Shown in pieces: positions 1 through 12,246 of a DNA stretch of 64,000 bases. Source of the DNA: Felis catus (taxonomy: Eukaryota). The translations under genes and the position numbers were made by a program. The stretch's first letter is position 1. Every line of letters starts with the position of its first letter. The notes under the pieces are model-generated. The model was given only the letters and a program-made list of their open reading frames with translations. It had not been told where the DNA came from and did not search any database. The stretch lies in NCBI RefSeq assembly GCF_018350175.1, contig NC_058368.1, forward strand, positions 164,364,001 to 164,428,000, given 5' to 3'.

Positions 1-129
1 AATTAATTGTTAATACTTATTTGTTATTACTTTTTAGAGATACAATTCACATACTGTAAAATTCACTCCTTTAAAATGTGCAAGTCAAGTCAACACTTGT
101 AGTATATTTTATACCATATCATGTGTAAA

Positions 130-167
130 TGTGTATCATGTGTATCATGTGTATCATGTGTATCATG
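130..167. repeat. 9-bp tandem repeat (tgtgtatca) x~4
   Basis: Read directly; explains the MCIMCI / YHVYHV ORFs. Confidence 0.9.
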
Positions 168-481
168 GAGATTGTACACCATTATCATTCTTTAATTCCA
201 GTGCAGTTTCCACTCCAAAAAGAAACCCTAAAGCTGTTCTTAGACTCAGTACCCATTTGGGAGCCACTAATATACCTTTTGTATCTATGTATTTTTCCAT
301 TCTCGACATTTTATTAATTAAATCATAGGGACTTAAAATCACATTTAACCATAATGAAAATGTGGCCTTTTGTGTTTGATTTATTTAATATAATGTTTTC
401 AGAGTTTACCTGTGCCATCGTATGTATCAATACTTCATTTCTTTTGGGTGAGTAATATTTCATTTTATGGATTTACTACAT

Positions 482-1008
482 TATATTGGTCAGGATTCTT
501 CAGAGAACCGTAACCATAGAACCATGAGCTATTCCTGTTGGTGTGTGTGTGTGTGTGTATGATTTATTATATGTTTCATGTGATCATGGAGGCTGAAAAG
601 TCCCATTGTCTGACATCTGCAAGCTAGACACCCAGGAAAGCCAGTGGTATAGTTTGTAGGCTTGAAAGCTGGAAAGCTGATGGTATACATGCCATTACCA
701 GTCTGAAGGCCTGAGAATCAGGAGTGCTGAGGCCAAGAGAAGATTATGTACCAGCTCTATCAGTCAGAGCAGTAACTAGTCAGGCAGAGTGAGAATTCGA
801 CCTTCCTCTTTTTGTTCTATTCAGGCCTTCAATGGATTGGGTGATGCCTACTCATATTAAAGAAGGCCATCTGCTGTATTTAGCCCACTGATTAAAATGT
901 TAATATCTTTTGGAAACACCCTCACAGACACACCCAGAAATATTGTTTAACCAGTTATTTGAGCATCTCCTTGCTTTGTCGAGTTGACACATAAAATTAG
1001 CCATCATA
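482..1008 (-). mobile_element. MLT2 (ERVL) solo LTR inserted in the L1
   Basis: Termini tatattggtcaggattcttcagagaa ... gagttgacacataaaattagccatcata match the reverse of the MLT2 consensus; internal (TG)n; 5-bp TSD tacat (477-481) / tatat (1009-1013); L1 resumes in register. Confidence 0.9.
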
Positions 1009-1555
1009 TATATTTTGTTTTATCTATTCATTAGTTGATAGACACTTGGGTTATTTTCACCTACTGTTATGAATAATACTCCTGTTATATTTATATACAC
1101 ATTTTTGTATGAACATATGTTTGCATTTCTACTCAGTATATACCTAGGAGTGGCATTGCTGGGTCATATGGTAACTCTATGTTTAACTTTTTGAGGAACT
1201 GCCGAACTGTTTTCCAAAATAGCTCTTTCATTTTGCATTCCTACCAGCAGTGTATTAAGGTTCCATTTTCTCTACATCATTGCCAATAGTTGATAATTCT
1301 CTTTTTGATTATAGCCACTCTGGTCATTTTTTGTTTGTTTGTTTTGCTTTTTATTTACCTAACGATTAGTGGTGTTAAGTATCTTTTTATGTATATATTG
1401 GGCATTTGTATATCTTCCTTGAACAAATGTCTATTCAGATCTTTTGCCCATATGTTGATTGAGTTATTTGTCTTTTTCTTATTGATTTATAAATGATCTT
1501 TAAGTATTCTGGATACTAGATATATGAAAGTTATAGGTAACACTGAGTTATAGCA

Positions 1556-1604
1556 TATCTATATCTATATCTATCTATCTATCTAGATATATCTAGATAG
1601 ATAT
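1556..1604. repeat. (TATC)/(TAGA) compound microsatellite containing a 28-bp perfect palindrome
   Basis: 1576-1603 tatctatctagata|tatctagatagata is self-complementary. Confidence 0.85.
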
Positions 1605-4600
1605 GATTTGTAAATGTTTTATCCCTTTCTTTGAGTATCCTTTTGAGGCACACCTATTTTATATTTTGATAAAATTCAATTTATCTACTTTTTTTGTTGC
1701 TTATACTTTAGTGCATATCTAATACTCCATTGACTAATCCAAGGTCATAAAGATATGCACCTATTTTATGCTAAGAGCTTGATAGTTTTAGGTATTATAT
1801 TTAGGTGTTTGAACAATTTTGAATTATTTTTGTATAACATGAGAGGTAGGGATCCAACTTCATTGGAATTACTCTCTAATGTTCTTTCATTTAAACCTAA
1901 AGGACTTACTTTAATATATCTTGTGCAAACCTGATAGTGAGATGTGTTCTCACCTTTGTCTGTATTGTGATTTTCTAATTCTTCAGTTTTAATGAGTTCC
2001 TTTGCTAGAGACAAAATTTTTGTTTGACATTTTTTGTTTGTTGATTTCTCTTTCAACATGTGTTTCCGTTGCCTTCTGGACTCCCTGGTTTCTGATGAAA
2101 AATCAACTCTTAATCTTATTGAGGATCCATTGTACGTAAGTCTCTTTGTTCTTTCATGATTCCCTCTTCACCTTTGGCTTTTGGCAATCTGACTATGATG
2201 TGTCTAGGTGTGGATCTCTCCCTCTCTTTTTTTTATATTTGTAATCTGTTGGGCTTCTAGGTAGGATATGTAGTGTAGATTCATGTTTTTCATCAAATTT
2301 TAGAAATATGGGCTAAATTATTTCTTCAAATACTATTTTTTCTTCTTTCTCTGCTTTCCTTTGATTCTTCCATTATGTACATATTGGCAAGCTTGATGGT
2401 GTTTCATAGGTCTTTGAGAGTCAGTTAATTTTTCTTCATTCTTTAGTTCTTTAATTAGTTAATTAATTTAGTTCTTCATTCTTTTTAGTTCTTTACTTTT
2501 TAAATTCCAGGATTTTTATTTGGTTCTTTTTAATAATTTCTCTCTCTTTATTGATACTGTTTGGTGAAACTGTGTTGTAATACTCTCATTTATTTCTTTA
2601 GACATGGCTTCCTTTACTTTTTGAACATATTTAAACGATTTAAATTCTTTGCCTAATATTAGGCTTCCTTCCTCAGGAACAAGTTTTAATTGATTGTTTT
2701 TTTCTCCCTGCATAATGGCTATATCATTTTGTTTCTTTTTAAGACTAATTTTTTGCTGTTGTTGAAAACTGAACATTTTAAATAATACAACGTAGCAACT
2801 CTGGAAATCATAATACCCCTTCCCTCTACCTTTGGCAGGGTTTATTGTTGTTGCTGTTTTTTTAGTGACTTTTCTGAACTAATTCTATGAAGTCTGCATT
2901 CTTCCTTCTGTGTGACCCCTGGAATCTCTGGTCACTTAGCTTAATTGTTAGCTAATGTTTAGATAGAGATTTATTAAACACCTCAAACCAATGACTGTCT
3001 TTGTCTTTTCTGAGAATGGCTCTATGGGTGTCTTGAGGTATTATCTTCAACACCCACATAGTCAGTTGAAATATTCCCCTAAGCCTTCATTTACTGTTTG
3101 AACAAAGCTTCAGGTCAACCAGTGATGAGATCTTACAGCCTTCTCAGCACTTTTCTGAGCATGTGCAGAGTCCTTGGCAAGTGTACAACCCTATGAATGC
3201 ACATAGCCTTCTAGATTCTCAGCAATATGTTGGGAGTTGGAACTTTACAAAGACCTTATGGGCATATCATTCTGTAGGTTTTCTTTTTAAGGTTTTTGGT
3301 TAGTTTTTGACTTGCCCCAGTTCTTGTCCACTGTACTAGGGAGCTGCAATGTTAAATAATTACCTGAAATTTTTTCAGCACATTCCCCAGGGGAAAGGCT
3401 TTTCACATTGGGTTTGTTCAGAGTGACGTCAAATAAAGGCAGTTTTGCAAGTAAGGTCTTCTAAGAATCACCACACAAGCCAAATACTTAGCAATTGTCT
3501 GGAAATGAAACTTTGGAGCTGTTCTAACACTGTTCTGTCCCCTCTGTTGGATGACATACTGCTGGTTTTCACTGTGATTGTAGACTGGCGGTTTTCAAGG
3601 CTACCACCAAAATGGGGAGTTGGGATTTTAATCAGGACAAGGTAAAATTCCACAAAGCTCACTGTTTTTACTGAGATTCAGTTGTTTTTATTCAGAAGTA
3701 AACACTTCAAGAATTACTGCAAGTTTTTGCCTAACTTCCAAAATCCTGAAGATGTTGATTATGACAATATTTTATAGATTTATAATTATACATAGAGGAA
3801 AATTTTTCAAGATTCTCACTCTGCCATTTTCATTATTATCATCTGGTTCTCTTGAGAATGTATTTACAAGGAAAGTAAGTTTATCGCTCCCTTTATGGAT
3901 GCAATAACAGATTTTCATTAAGTTTTGAGTCCCTTTGTTTTTATCAGCAGCAGGAGGGGCCATGGACAAACAAGATCCAGATCACAATTCACTATCATTG
4001 TTCCTGACAATATAACTGGCTCAGCAATCCTTACAACAGGACTCCATCAGCATTATGAGATAAAAAGAATCAAGTAAATGTCCATTAACCTGAAAGTAGT
4101 CTCATAATAACATATAATTGGATATCACAAATAATCTAGAAAACCAACATTAATTAGGAAAGCGTGGGCTTTAAGACATTGCTAGAAACCAGATTGTACA
4201 CTCCTGTACGTACTCTGAAATATTTAAGAACATATTAATCATGTTATTTTAAAGTGTGACAGAAAAAGTGTGGCGTTCCTACCTTTGTATTCTTGGAATA
4301 GTCCAAATATAAAAGTGTCATTTTGAAGACATAGGTGGAATTCTAAAGGATAATGGTTGCTTTATATTTATCAATTAAAATTTCTTACTTGAAAATAGAA
4401 AATTGTTGCCTCAAGTAGACACTTGCAAGAAAATAAAAATCAGTGGTCTAGAAAAGATATTTAAAGAAAACCTAGAATACTTGGCTAGAAAATTTAGAGG
4501 TGGAACCAGTGTAATTTAAAAGAGAAAGTGGCTTTTATTAAATGTTTATTGTAGTAAATCTAATAAATATGTTTGTTCTACAAAGAAATCCTAAGTTTAA

Positions 4601-5126
4601 ACAGTTCAATTAAAATTTTCTATCAAGTGATTCATCATGGAATGTCTAGAAAGGAGTCATGTTATATGAAAATTTCAATAGTCATGTGTTCAAAAGTGGT
4701 ATGCTAAATTTTAAGAATGAAGGTAGAAAAAGGTGATCTAAAATTAAAATATTTTGCTTTTTTCTTTTGATGAGAACTTTTAAGTTTTAGTCTCAACACT
4801 TTCAAATATGCACTACAGTATTACTGACTGTAGTTATCATGTTGTGTATTAAGTCCCTGTGACTTATTTATTTGGTATCTTGTGACCCCCTTCGCCCATT
4901 TTACTCACTCCCCACCTAGCCTGCCCTCTGGCAACTACCATTGTGTTTTGTGTATCTATGAGTTTTATTTTGTTTTCTACATTTTTTTTTAGATTCCACA
5001 TATGAGAGATGATGCAGTATTTATCTTTCTGTGTCTGACTCACTTTGTTTAGCATGATACCCTTAAGGTCCAACCATGTTGCACATAGCAAGATTTCATT
5101 CCTTTTTAGGGCTCAGAAGTATCTCA

Positions 5127-5129
<3 letters not shown>

Positions 5130-5179
<50 letters not shown>
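5130..5179. repeat. (TG)n microsatellite, ~25 units
   Basis: Read directly. Confidence 0.95.
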
Positions 5180-5180
<1 letters not shown>

Positions 5181-7841
5181 CATCTTTATTCATCCTTTGA
5201 TGAACACTCACATTGTTGCTTATTTTGGCTATGGTAGCCAAGTGCTACAATAGTGCTGCAATTAACATAGGGGTGCATACATCTTTTCAGATTTGTGTTT
5301 CTATTTTCTTCTGATAAATACTCAGAAGTAAAACTGTTGGATCATATCATAGTTTTTTTTTTTTTTGAATTTTCTGAGAAACCTTCACACTGTTTTCCAT
5401 AGCAGTTGAACCAATTCATATTCCCACTAACAATGCATAAAGGTTCCTTTCCTAACAAGTCTTGCCAATACTTGTTCTTTCTTGTCTTTTTGATACGAGC
5501 CATTCTAACATGTGAGAAGCAGTATCTCACTGTGGTTTTGATTTGCATTTCCCTGATGATCAGTAATGTTGAACATCTTTTTATGTGCTGTTAGCCATCT
5601 ATATATCTTTGAAAAAAATGTCTATTAAGGCCCTCTACCCATTTTTAAATCAGATTGTTTGCTTTTTTTTGGGGGGGGGTTGCGTTATATGAGTTCTTTA
5701 TATATTTGGAATATTAGCTCCTTGTCAGATATAGGTTACATATATTCTGTTCATTAGGTTGCCTTTTCATTTTGTTAGTGGTTTCCTTTCTGTGCAGAAG
5801 CTTTTAGTTTGATATTCTCACTTGTTTATTTTTGCTTTTGTTGTCTTTGCTTTTGGACACTTTGAACATAATATGCCTTGGTGTGGATGGATCTTCTGGA
5901 ATTCATCTTTTTCACAACTTTCTTGGCTTTTTGAATCTGGATATCTGTGTTCTTCCCCAGCTTACTGAAGTTGTCAGCTACTGTTTCTTCAGATAATTTT
6001 TCTAGCCCTTTCTCCCTTCTCCTTCTGGGATACCTATAAATGCAAATATTATTCTGCTTGATGTCATTTCATAGGTCCCTTAAACTAGAATTTTTTGAAA
6101 ATTCTTTTTTCTTATTGCTGCTGTGTTTGAGTGAATTCCTCTACCCTGTCTTCTAGATCACTGATCCTTTCTTCTGCTTTAGTCTGCTTTTGAATCCATC
6201 TAGTGTATTTTTCAGTTCATTTATTGTATTTTTCAGCTCTGTGACTTATGTTTGGTCCTTTTTTTAATCTTTTCTGGCTCTTTGTTGAAGTACTTACTGT
6301 ATCCATCCATTCTCCCAACCATCTTTATGAGTATTACTTTGAACTCTTTATCAGGTGAATTTGCTTATCTCCATTTCATTAAGGACTTTTTTTCCCCTCT
6401 GAGGTTTTATTTTGTTCTTTCATTTAGAACATATTTTTCTTTATTTCCTCATTTTGCTTAACTCTCTGTTTATATGTATTAAGTGAGACAGCTCTCTCTC
6501 GCAATCTTGAAGGACTAATTGTCTAGATAAGATGAATCTTATTTTTTAACCTTACCGTAGCTGTTTTTTGTCTCTTTAATGTTTGTGGTTGGGTAAGCAG
6601 CCTAATTTATCCTTGATATGTCTCAGTTGTTAAGGGTGCACAAAGACCTGTTAGTCTTCCAAAGGGAGGGATCTAATTCAGCACCTAATTTCAGGTTGAT
6701 TGGAAGCCGGATCATCATGTAGCAGCTTTTAAAGTATTCAAATCCCATACAGTCATATGGGACCACAATTGTAAACGCTGCTGGCCTGTGAACTAGGTGA
6801 TCTGGAGATGGCTCTTGGGTGATCGTTGAAAAATTAGACCTCCAGAGGAATACATAAGCTCCTTTTTGATAGGTGCCAGTGACCTGTAGTGGGGCTGAGG
6901 GAATGTGCAAAGATGGAGCCCCTCAGCCTGTGTTCCTTGACATCATCTCTGTACCTTCTAAATGTATAGCAAATTTGAAGTCTGCCCCTCAGACCGAAGC
7001 TCCAATACAAATAAATAGGCCTTTTTCATAGAAATACTTGATGTTTCAGCCTGGCATGTAGTGCCCTGGGTATGGAAACCTGCCAAGAACTGTTGCTCTG
7101 ACTGTTAAAGACCCAGGAGAGCGAGAAACATAAGTTCCATGACCAACAGAGCTAGGCAACCAAGAACCATCCCCTATTTGGACTGTCTGCTTCCACCAGC
7201 TTTCCCAGGACTGTTGGAAAGCACAGGGCCAGGGAATGCTTGTTTTTAATGGGAAAGGACACCATTAAAGTGGAAGAGCACCTGGCTGGGGCACACACAG
7301 TGGTGCTGTCAAGGTAGGAGAATACAAATATGGTGTCTGTTAACACCTCCATTCCCAGAGAGGGTTCCAACAAACCCTGTCTCTTCAACAGGTAAATTTT
7401 AATATTATTCAATAAATACCCTTTGCATATAGTCTAGGTGCTTTGCAAACTGCTCCTTTTGTACTGTTACCTGGGGTGTTAATCTGTGTGCGAGCCCTTT
7501 AAAAGTATCTAATTTCCCTGTAGTCCTTGGGTCTTGTAGTTGTCTGTCCTTTTGGTTTCCAAAGCCAGACATTTTGGGGGCTCGTCTCTATTTTGTAGGT
7601 CCAAAGGGTTAGAGTGCCTGATGTGGGGCAAAAACTCCCTGTTCCTCAGTGGGAAACTCTGGATTTGTGTAATTTCCCAAAAAATGGGTTGCTGTGCTGG
7701 CAGTTGAGTTTTTGGTGGGACTGCATCGCTGCCTCTCTTGATTTGGCCTTTTTTACCAGTTGTTGTAAAGGAGCTGTTCAGCTAGTTTTCAGGTCTTTTT
7801 CATAAGGTTGTTTAATATGTAGCTACAGATTTGGTGTGTCT

Positions 7842-8408
7842 CTATTAGGAATTTATCCAAAGGATACAGGAGTGCTGATTTGAAGGGGCAGATGCACCTC
7901 AATGTTTATAGCAGCACTTTCAACAATAGCCAAACTAAGGAAAGAGCGCAAATATCCGTCAACTGATGATTGGATAAAGAAGATGTGGTGTATATATATA
8001 CAATGGAATACTACTCAGCGATGAAAAAGAATGAAATCTTTCCATTTGTAACAACATGGTTGCAACTGGAGGGTATTATGCTAAGTGAAATAAAGTCAGT
8101 CAAAGACAAATACCATGTGATTTCACTATGTGGAATTTGAGAAACTTAACAGATGACCATAGGGGAAGAGAAGGAAAAACAGGATAAAAACAGAGAGGCA
8201 GGCCAACCATAAGAGACTTTAAAACAGGGAACAAACTGAGGATTGATGGGGATGGGGGTTGGAAGGTTGGGGAAAATGGGTGATGGGCATTGAGGAGGGC
8301 CCATGTTGGGATGAGTGCTGGATGTTGTATGTAAGTGATGAATCATAGGATTCTACTCCTAAAGCCACGATACACTGTATGTTAGCTGACTTGAGAATAA
8401 ATATAATA

Positions 8409-8440
<32 letters not shown>

Positions 8441-8486
8441 GATATGGCCAAGTAACAAGAGGATTCACGTTGTTTAAAAAAAAAAA
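7842..8486 (+). mobile_element. 5'-truncated carnivore/felid L1 3' end with (TAA)n tail, extra unique segment and second poly(A)
   Basis: ORF2 end and 3' UTR in sense orientation; TSD agatttggtgtgtct (7827-7841) / agattttgtgtgtct (8487-8501). Confidence 0.92.
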
Positions 8487-9269
8487 AGATTTTGTGTGTC
8501 TGTGGGAGGAAGTGAGTTCAGAATCTTCCCATGTCAGCATCTTGAAGTGACTTGAGACAAAGTGATTAAGCTTCTTCTGAGGATTGTGGCTAGGAAGGCA
8601 TCATTTATTTTTTTTTCTTTCTAAATAAATAAAGGCCACTAAGTCATGATTATTTTCAGCTGATTAACTTTATGTTTTGTTTCAAAATTTTATGCCAAAT
8701 TATTCTACATATAATCTTTAAAGCCCCTCAACTAGTTGTCATTTAAAAGTTATTTGTCAGTTGGCTATTTGAACTTGGAATCCATTTTCTTTCCTAAAAA
8801 TAATGTTACAAGTAACTGATCGGTATTAAAATAGATCACAATTTCTAAAAATAAAATGTGAGATTCATACACAGTAATCATGATAAAGGTATGAGGCCCC
8901 AGAACAGTTGGGTTTGATTTAACAGAGGATGAATTTCCTGTTGTATTTCTGGGGCTTGGCCAATCTTGGGGAATCTCAAAAGGAAAATAAAAGTTTGTTT
9001 CTAGCAAATACCTATCTTCTTTTATTCCTCCCTTTTAACTTCTTCATAATGTATGTTTTTCATAAATATTCAGAATCTTTACCCATATAATTATAAGTGA
9101 CTCAAAGCTAACTTACTCTCTGTACATCAAACATGTTCATTTCTTTTGTACTAAAATATGCTAGGTGGTATCTAGAAAGTGATCAGATACCATAGTTCTC
9201 ACCAAGTTATGATTAATATTTATAGTTTTGAATGGTTAAATATGAGAAAGATGCTTTTTTAGTCTAGTT

Positions 9270-9428
9270 ATCTGTTTGCTTAAATTTGTGCTGTTCTGCT
9301 AACTAGATGCATGATGTTAGGCAGGTTTCTTTCCATGTGTGAGTTTCTCCATATCAAATATCAAATAATAATAATGTTTACCTTAGACGTGTCTACCTTT
9401 AGAGCTGCCCCAACTCTAAATGAATCTT
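9270..9428 (+). mobile_element. MIR/MIR3 fragment
   Basis: Degenerate core: tctgctaactagatgcatgatgttaggcagg...gagtttctccatatc...aaaataataataat. Confidence 0.5.
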
Positions 9429-9608
9429 TAAATTGTGAAATTCTATTATACCCAAGTACAATAAAATGAAAGTAAGAGGATGGCTAGAAGCAAATTTTGA
9501 TCAAGAGATAACAAACTTGGATTATTTTTGCCTTAGAGTAATTCTTCTTAGCCTTTCATGACTTCTTTTCTTCCTTGACTCTGCTTAAAAGTTCATTTTG
9601 TAAATTTT

Positions 9609-9665
9609 GTTTTATAATTACCTTTTTAAAAGTTTATTTGAAAGAGAACAAGCAAGTTGTGGAGG

Positions 9666-9703
<38 letters not shown>

Positions 9704-9832
9704 CCCAAGCAGGCTCTGCATTGTCAACAGCATGGAGTCTGATGTGGGGATCAGACTTGTGAATTGTGAGGTTGTGATCTGAGCTGGAATCAAGAGTCAG
9801 ATGCTTAACTGACTGAGCCACCCAGGCATCCC
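9609..9832 (-). mobile_element. Can-SINE (SINEC)
   Basis: Antisense tRNA-like head gatgcttaactgactgagccacccaggcatccc, (GA)n tract, imperfect TSD tcattttgtaaatttt / tcatttgtaagtttt. Confidence 0.95.
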
Positions 9833-9859
9833 TCATTTGTAAGTTTTAACAGTAGGTCC

Positions 9860-10304
9860 TGTATTACTTTCTTGTTACTACTGTAGCAAGTAAATTTAGT
9901 GGCTTAAAACAACACACATTTATTATCTTACAATTGTAGTGGTCAGAAGTCTACAATTGGGTCTGTGTTCCTTGGCTCATGAGCCTTCCAACAGTGTCAT
10001 TAGCTTCTATTTACCCATCTCCTTATTCTTTTCTTTTCTTTTCTTTTCTTTTCTTTTCTTTTCTTTTCTTTTCTTTTCTTTTCTTTTCTTTTCTTTTCTT
10101 TTAATTTTTTTGTCTCCCTCTTATAAGGACCCTAGGGATTAAATTTGGCCAAGCTAGATAATCCAACCAAGATAATATCCCCATCTCTGGATCCTTAAAT
10201 TAATCACATACGCAAATTTCTTTCTGACATTTAAGGTAACGTAATTACAGATCCAGGGGACTAGAATGCAGACATCTTTGTGGGTCCATTTCTCTCTCTA
10301 CCAA
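9860..10304 (-). mobile_element. MLT1 (MLT1D-like) MaLR solo LTR with internal (TTTTC)n expansion at 10027-10102
   Basis: tgtattactttc...agtggcttaaaacaacacacatttattatcttaca...ttataaggaccc...gataatatccccatctc...taatcacat. Confidence 0.85.
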
Positions 10305-11291
10305 AGTTCTATAAAGCAGATGAGGAAAAAACAAAATGACTGAAGACTTCATAAATACCTTTTTTTTAATGTGTGACAGATTTACTAATATTCTTTCAGC
10401 ATTTACTCTAAGTAAATGGGAACCACATTCAAACTAAAGCTTTCTTTTACTCCAAAGCCCTTGCTTTCTCCATGTTAATAATCAACTGTAACTGATTTTT
10501 TAAACATACACAAAGCATACCTGTTCTTAATTTTAGACTGTTCTGGTTTATCTATTTATATAGATGGAGATAATTCAGTAAAATAGGGTATCATGTGAGA
10601 ATTATGTGAAAACATACTTTTGAGAGGGTGAAACTGTGTAAGCTCCACTACTAGGAATAGAGTAACCTTGAATAAATAATGCACCATCCCCTCTGATATT
10701 CCCACTTCAGTATATGTGAACAATTCAAAACTATTTTCAGTACTCTAAACTCTACGACAGTAATGATCACACCTATATTACTCAAGTACTTATATCCATA
10801 GCCTTGCACAGTAGCTACTTAGTAAGTGTTTGTTGAATAGTATCTTCTCTCCACCTCATAGGCCATGGCATAATATATTTCTAAGTAATATGAAATGTTT
10901 AAATGACAAGTCTTGTACTCTGTACATACTGATATTTCCATTTCACATTGAAATGTCCTAAGGAGTATAATATTACATAAATCTTGGTAGTTAGAGCTGA
11001 TTGTTCAGAGATATTCCTATTAAGAATTGAAAGTTTGAACAATTAATTGTAAGTCTTTAAAGAATCATGTGAAAATAAAAAGCAACATGTTTTAGTGAGG
11101 TTGAAAGTGTGTGAGAAGAAATAGCGAGTGTGAAAAGATGTGAATAAAAGCTGAAGAGAATACCTAATTCCTTTCTAATATACTGTAATGTTGATAAGAC
11201 TAATCACGAACATATAGTAAGTTTAAAATAGAGACTAGAGCCTGGGTAATATTTGGGAAATGGGGAAAAAGGAACAGAAATGTAGTTGAAT

Positions 11292-11297
11292 GGATAA

Positions 11298-11345
<48 letters not shown>

Positions 11346-11707
11346 GAATATTACTCAACCACAAAAAGCATGAGATCTTGCCATTTGCAACAACATGGAT
11401 GGACCTAGAGGATATAATGCTAAGTGAAATAAGTCAGACAAAGTCAGATTCTGTGATTGCACTCATATTTGGAATTTAAGAAACAAAACAAACACTAGAA
11501 AAAAATGAAAATAGACTCTTAAATATAGAGGACAAATTGGTGATTGACACAGAGGTGAGGTAGGTATGGGGGAGGGATAAAATAGATAAAGGGGATTAAG
11601 AATACACTTATCTTGATGAGCACTGAGTGTTGTGTAACAATTTTGAATCATTATGTTGTACACCTGAAACTAACACTGTATGTTAATTATATTTCAATTA
11701 AAAAAAA
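11292..11707 (+). mobile_element. L1_Carn-type 3' end fragment with (CA)n at 11301-11342 and poly(A)
   Basis: gccatttgcaacaacatggatggacctagag...gatgagcactgag...gtacacctgaaactaac...ttcaattaaaaaaaa. Confidence 0.92.
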
Positions 11708-12043
11708 AAGTAGTCAGGAACAGATAAGGGGATTATAATAGGGACCGCCTGGGTAATATTTGGGAGTTAGGGGAAAAAGGTGTAGAAATACAGTTTGAAT
11801 TTTGCCTTAAATCCGTTTTACTGATTGATTTTCTGAAGGAGACAGGTACTTTGTGTTTTAAAAAATGAATTTTACGTTTACACTATTCCTGCAGTAGTCA
11901 TAGTAAAATTTTCATTAAAAAGTATGTGCTACTGAATCACATTAACCATGTATTATTCATACATGAGAATATATTCTACTTCAGGTCAACTGTCTAGCTG
12001 GACCTTTTATACTTGTGAATTCCATTATGAGAATGCAGCAGTC

Positions 12044-12246
12044 GGGGCGCCTGGGTGGCGCAGTCGGTTAAGCGTCCGACTTCAGCCAGGTCACCATCTC
12101 GCGGTCCGTGAGTTCGAGCCCCGCGTCGGGCTCTGGGCTGATGGCTCAGAGCCTGGAGCCTGTTTCCGATTCTGTGTCTCCCTCTCTCTCTGCCCCTCCC
12201 CCGTTCATGCTCTGTCTCTCTCTGTCCCAAAAATAAATAAACGTTG
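12044..12246 (+). mobile_element. Young SINEC_Fc, CpG-intact, no poly(A) tail
   Basis: Near-identical to 18533-18745; perfect 15-bp TSD gagaatgcagcagtc (12029-12043 / 12247-12261). Confidence 0.98.

Larger units (their letters stand above)
30..3830 (-). mobile_element. Old L1M-type LINE-1 (3' UTR, ORF2 C-terminal part, ORF1 and 5' region), interrupted by an MLT2 LTR, with most of ORF2 missing
   Basis: Antisense L1M 3' end (gagatacaattcacatactgtaaaattcact...); ORF2 3' motifs at 1140-1864 (tacctaggagtggcattgctgggtcatatgg, caaatgtctattcagatcttttgccca); ORF1-like antisense sequence from 1865; ends in a 5'-end-like ctctgccatttt. Confidence 0.8.
4752..8546 (-). mobile_element. L1 of L1MA9/L1_Carn age: 3' UTR, ORF2 tail, partial ORF1 and 5' UTR; internally deleted and interrupted by a younger L1
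   Basis: ORFs 4864-5091 (WLDLKGIMLNKVSQTQKDKYCIISHMWNL) and 5342-5548 (MQIKTTVRY...) are the L1 ORF2 C-terminus; ORF1-like antisense sequence from ~5858; 5'-end motif gggaggaagtgagttcagaatcttcccatgtcagcatcttg at 8504-8544. Confidence 0.85.

Noticed and set aside
129..328. ORFs with repeating MCI / YHV peptides
   Set aside because: Produced by a 9-bp tandem repeat inside an L1 3' UTR
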